Below, piece after piece: positions 60,193 to 64,000 of a DNA stretch of 64,000 nucleotides (its first letter is position 1; every line of letters begins with the position of its first letter). The DNA comes from an uncultured candidate division Zixibacteria bacterium (GTDB lineage: Bacteria; Zixibacteria; MSB-5A5; UBA10806): the NCBI GenBank assembly GCA_963817915.1, contig CAWFQL010000009.1:288001-352000 (forward strand), given 5' to 3'. The position numbers and the translations under genes were made by a program. The notes under the pieces are model-generated. The model did not search any database. It was not told where the DNA came from and saw only the letters and a program-made list of their open reading frames with translations.

Positions 60193-61266
60193 TTAGTCGC
60201 GGCTTGACTTGGAAAGGACTTTTGAGAATAAACGGATATTCTCCAGGCATTTACCTGTGCCTCGTACAACGCATGTCAAGGGGTCATCGGCGACAAGCAC
60301 CGGCAGGTTAGTTTCCTGCCTGAGTCTCTTATCGAGACCGCGAATCAGGGCTCCTCCGCCGGTCATGATAATTCCACGATCCAGAATATCGGAGGCTAAT
60401 TCGGGCGGTGTTTGTTCCAATGCCATTCTAACAGCGTCAATTATAGCGGAAATAGGTTCCGCGAGGGCTTCCCGTATCTGACCGGATGTAATTTTCATTG
60501 TCTTGGGTACTCCGGCGACGAGATCACGGCCTTTGATTTCCATGCTCTCTTCTTTTTCAAGCGGGTAGGCGGATCCTATTTTGCATTTTATCTCTTCGGC
60601 GGTTCTTTCGCCGATAAGCAGATTATAATTCTTCTTTAGATAAGTAACTATGGCCTCATCGAGCTCATCGCCGGCAATACGGATCGAGGTATTATTGACA
60701 ATACCATTAAGGGCGATAACCGCGATTTCCGATGTTCCGCCGCCGATATCGATAATCATCGAACCCGATGGCTGATCGACCGGCAAGCCGACACCGATAG
60801 CGGCCGCCATTGGCTCGGCGAGAAGATATACTTCTCTGGCGCCGGCATTCTCGGCTGAATCGCGCACGGCTCGCTTTTCCACTTCGGTAATTCCCGATGG
60901 GACAGATATGATAATTCGAGGTTTCATCAGATAGCGATGCTTGACGACTCGTCTGATGAAATCGGAAAGCATTTTCTCGGCAATTTCAAAATCGGCAATG
61001 ACGCCATCTTTCATAGGGCGAATCGCCGTAATCTCGAATGGTGTGCGGCCGATCATTTCCTTCGCCGCAATACCAATAGCCAATATCTTCTTGGTGCGAT
61101 TTTCAATCGCAACCACAGATGGCTCATTTAAAACAATTCCCTGGTCCTTCACGAACACGAGCGTGTTGGCAGTACCAAGGTCTATTCCAATATCGTTAGT
61201 CAATAATCCGAACAATGATGATTTCTCTACTGCTTCGCCTCTTTTGGCCTCTAAAACTGCATCCAT
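60193..61266 (-). CDS. mreB: rod shape-determining actin homolog
   Basis: [47 protein letters not shown]; start uncertain. Confidence 0.93.
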   Translation of the reverse strand: MDAVLEAKRGEAVEKSSLFGLLTNDIGIDLGTANTLVFVKDQGIVLNEPSVVAIENRTKKILAIGIAAKEMIGRTPFEITAIRPMKDGVIADFEIAEKMLSDFIRRVVKHRYLMKPRIIISVPSGITEVEKRAVRDSAENAGAREVYLLAEPMAAAIGVGLPVDQPSGSMIIDIGGGTSEIAVIALNGIVNNTSIRIAGDELDEAIVTYLKKNYNLLIGERTAEEIKCKIGSAYPLEKEESMEIKGRDLVAGVPKTMKITSGQIREALAEPISAIIDAVRMALEQTPPELASDILDRGIIMTGGGALIRGLDKRLRQETNLPVLVADDPLTCVVRGTGKCLENIRLFSKVLSKSSRD

Positions 61267-61488
61267 TACGTCCCATCCGCGCAATAATATGGTTAACGAT
61301 TCGAAATTACAACCTCTTTTTTTAATAATATTCGGCAAAATTCGAAGTATCTTAACGCTATTACCATTAACTATTTGCAGATATGTTAAATTTTTAATCA
61401 TCTTTTGAAGGTTTTGTCCAAAATCCCGCCAAATCGGCGAAAAATCGTATTTTCGCGTCGCTGAGGTCATGTCGAGAACATGGTTGCT

Positions 61489-61556
61489 GGGCGGCAGTCA
61501 TCATCGACTGCCCCAAACGCTCATGTCCTAAGGGGCAGCTGAGGACAGCTGCCGCC
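61489..61556. repeat. GGCAG..CTGCC hairpin pair
   Basis: GGGCGGCAGTC..GACTGCCCC then GGGGCAGCTG..CAGCTGCCGCC; same layout as 43354-43420. Confidence 0.72.
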
Positions 61557-61671
61557 GAATAAGCGAAAACATGCCACCACATTATATTCCCCTAATTGGA
61601 TTTGACTTATTTCATTTTATCATCTACGATAATTTTGGGAGGAAAGTAATTTACAATTTGATTATTTGTTT

Positions 61672-61837
61672 TTACCACATTTTTCAAAGGAAATGATATG
61701 AATTTATTTTTTGTGCGTGTCAAAGCTTGCTTTGACCGCAAATGGCGGTATATGCGGTCACAGTAAACTGTGACACGCAATACAATTCTCTTATTTGCGA
61801 TTACCACATTTTTCAAAGGAAATGATATGAATTTATT
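61672..61837 (+). repeat. 37-bp exact direct repeat of the RBS/start region flanking an inverted hairpin doublet
   Basis: TTACCACATTTTTCAAAGGAAATGATATGAATTTATT at 61672-61708 and 61801-61837; doublet at 61714-61779. Confidence 0.9.
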
Positions 61838-63650
61838 CAGCAAATTCCCATCATTCGATAATCTTGTTAAAGGATCGGCGACTTCGTTTAAACGTTTCCC
61901 GGTCACCTTGATATGCACTGTTCTGGTGACTTTGGCGTTAGTCATCATTATTAATGCCGATCAAAATGCTCATCCGAAGTGGCTCGAACGATTGGCGCTC
62001 ACATGCGCGCTGGGAGTGCCGCTCTTTTTTGTGTTTATCACCAGACCTGAAATTCAGGAATGTGATAAAACTGCCAGGATAATAGCACATAGTTTCGGGA
62101 CCGCATTATTGGTCATATATTATTTTACGCTTCCGCAAAACCCCTCCGCGAACTTTTCGAATATAATAAGATTCCTGCTCCTAATGATAGCTGTGCATTT
62201 CGCGGTCTCATTTTTGCCGTATATCGGCCCAAAAAAACTTGATGGTTTCTGGCAATACAATAAGACCCTGTTTCTGCGGTTTCTAAATTCGGCCCTGTTT
62301 TCGGCAGTGATGTATATCGGGTTGCTCCTGGCGCTCGTAGCGGCCAAGGAGTTGTTCGGATTCAAAATTCCCGATAAACGGTTTTTCCAGCTATTTATAA
62401 TCATCGGAATACTTTTTAATACCTGGGTATTCCTTTCGGGTATTCCGCAGAATCTCAAAGGACTCGGCGAAACCTCTCAATATCCCAATGGACTTCGAAT
62501 ATTCGCGCAATATATCCTGCTGCCGCTTATAGGAATCTATTTTGTAATTCTATACGCTTACGAATTAAAAATCATTATCAACTGGAATTGGCCCAAGGGA
62601 TGGGTATCGCAGCTTGTACTCTGGTATTCGGTGGTCGGCATTCTGTCATTGCTATTGCTCTGGCCATTGAGAAATCTCACTGAAAATCGCTGGATCAAAA
62701 CATTCACGACCTGGTTTTTCCGCGCGTTGATACCTTTGGTGGTGATGCTCTTTCTCGCCATCCTGGAACGAGTCGGGACCTATGGAATCACGATCAACCG
62801 TTATCTCGTACTTGCGATGGCGGTTGGGCTTTCGATTGTCGTCTTGTATTTTGTCTTTGGCAAAGCAAAGGACATCAGAGCCATTCCGATCGTAATATGC
62901 ATCATAGCTATTTTGTCGGCGCTAGGACCCTGGAGCGCGTTCGCGGTTTCACGACATAGCCAGACCGGGCGGCTCGAAAAGTATCTTGTCAAAAACTCTC
63001 TCTTGACCAATGGCAAACTTATCCCCTCTCAAGCTGAAATCCCTCTCGAAGACCGCATGGAGATGAGCGAAATTATCTCATACCTCGTGGAATGGCACGG
63101 GGTAGAATCATTTGAACCATGGATAGCTGACAGCACTATGAAATCGATTGTAAGCACACCCAGGAAATATGACATACCCGATTCAGTCGCGCATCATATG
63201 GGATTCCAATATGTTGCCGGACGGCATTACGTGCCGGGCGAAGGTGAATATTTTTCAATGGAAAAAAGCGATACTCTGGGAGTCGATATTTCCGGGTATG
63301 ATCAAATGTTTCATTACAGCCGTTTCGGGGACGAAAAATCTGATACTAAAAGTTTGTTCTATTTCGGCAATGATACCATCAGCGTCTGGCAGGCGAGTTT
63401 AACCCCGGCTCTGAAAATTATGGTTGGACCTGACAGTGTTATCGGGGAAATCCCATTTTCCGATTCCATAAAGGCAATGCTGCCATCGCGTGATCGTGGC
63501 CATTTAGACAATGACCGCTGGAACTATGATGTGACTATCGGAAAATATGACGCCAGATTCGATATCCGAAGGCTAACCGCTCGCGTATTTCCCGATTCCA
63601 TCAAAGTCAGCTATGTGAATGCTTATATGCTTTTGCGAGAGAAGAAGTGA
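61827..63650 (+). CDS. DUF4153-like multi-pass membrane protein
   Basis: SFKRFP, FWQYNKTLFLR, YILLPL..YFVILYAY, WPKGWV, RVGTYGITINRY, GPWSAFAVS..SQ. Confidence 0.8.
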   Translation: MNLFSKFPSFDNLVKGSATSFKRFPVTLICTVLVTLALVIIINADQNAHPKWLERLALTCALGVPLFFVFITRPEIQECDKTARIIAHSFGTALLVIYYFTLPQNPSANFSNIIRFLLLMIAVHFAVSFLPYIGPKKLDGFWQYNKTLFLRFLNSALFSAVMYIGLLLALVAAKELFGFKIPDKRFFQLFIIIGILFNTWVFLSGIPQNLKGLGETSQYPNGLRIFAQYILLPLIGIYFVILYAYELKIIINWNWPKGWVSQLVLWYSVVGILSLLLLWPLRNLTENRWIKTFTTWFFRALIPLVVMLFLAILERVGTYGITINRYLVLAMAVGLSIVVLYFVFGKAKDIRAIPIVICIIAILSALGPWSAFAVSRHSQTGRLEKYLVKNSLLTNGKLIPSQAEIPLEDRMEMSEIISYLVEWHGVESFEPWIADSTMKSIVSTPRKYDIPDSVAHHMGFQYVAGRHYVPGEGEYFSMEKSDTLGVDISGYDQMFHYSRFGDEKSDTKSLFYFGNDTISVWQASLTPALKIMVGPDSVIGEIPFSDSIKAMLPSRDRGHLDNDRWNYDVTIGKYDARFDIRRLTARVFPDSIKVSYVNAYMLLREKK

Positions 63651-63672
63651 AATTGCTCTTATAATTGTCGTT

Positions 63673-63779
63673 GTAGAGACATGCTATAGCATGTCTCTAC
63701 GGTAATCCTCGCGCGCGGTTATGAATCTTTTCATGACCGTCCCCTGCGTAAGGTGTCAGGAAGGGAGCCTGATACCGCT
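63673..63779. repeat. GTAG..CTAC perfect palindrome plus degenerate GTCAGG doublet
   Basis: GTAGAGACATGCTATAGCATGTCTCTAC (63673-63700); GTAAGGTGTCAGGAAGGGAGCCTGATACC from 63748. Confidence 0.78.
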
Positions 63780-63786
63780 GTAAATT

Positions 63787-64000
63787 TCAGAACTTCAATA
63801 ATACGATTGTATGAAGAATCAGAGAAATGAAGAGCGGCAGGATATAGTAAGGAACCCGTATTTCAGCAAACAGGAAAAAACCTGGGTTTATCATTTTGCT
63901 CTGATAATTATTTCTTCGTTGCTTTTGTGCATATTTGTAAAAGACATATACTGCTATTAGTTGAAACGGATAACTAATCGATAACCAAATCAAGGCAGTC
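63787..64000 (-). CDS. 3' end of a hypothetical membrane protein (probably continues beyond the window)
   Basis: Two hydrophobic segments; stop codon next to the REP cluster. Confidence 0.45.
   Translation of the reverse strand, partial: TALIWLSISYPFQLIAVYVFYKYAQKQRRNNYQSKMINPGFFLFAEIRVPYYILPLFISLILHTIVLLKF

Noticed and set aside
61770..61826. N-terminal extension of the DUF4153-like ORF from the GTG at 61770
   Set aside because: It begins inside the hairpin doublet; the AAAGGA RBS supports the ATG at 61827

Overview
A 64-kb, mostly minus-strand chromosomal segment of a Gram-negative bacterium. Three secreted proteins end in a (Q/S)NYPNPFN... FlgD-Ig/T9SS-type C-terminal domain, which suggests an FCB-superphylum lineage such as Zixibacteria (inference only). 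The window holds three tRNAs (Arg-UCU, Arg-UCG, Ser-UGA) and a protein/amino-acid scavenging gene set: a 2.4k-aa S8 protease, M14 carboxypeptidase, exported oligopeptidase B and aminopeptidase C, livKHMGF, pruA, ilvE-rpiB-glyA, AspA/FumC, malic enzyme and thl-hbd-acyl-CoA dehydrogenase. It also carries an RND pump, rnr with a sigma54 activator, dgt, a K+ channel, an ECF sigma/anti-sigma/Spy-like operon, mreB and a DUF4153-like protein. No CRISPR array, integrase, transposase or prophage is visible. Best leads: (1) a tightly linked isochorismatase + CxxC-less TrxB-like reductase + RlmN-like radical SAM operon whose enzyme keeps the methyl-carrier Cys but lacks the resolving Cys; (2) two sites where an inverted REP-like doublet lies between long direct repeats that duplicate a gene's start region; (3) many mixed and nested palindrome families; (4) a degenerate RNase HI-like gene behind a textbook sigma54 promoter. 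Six single-base insertions breaking four genes may be sequencing errors. All family calls are from motif recognition by eye; no searches were run.
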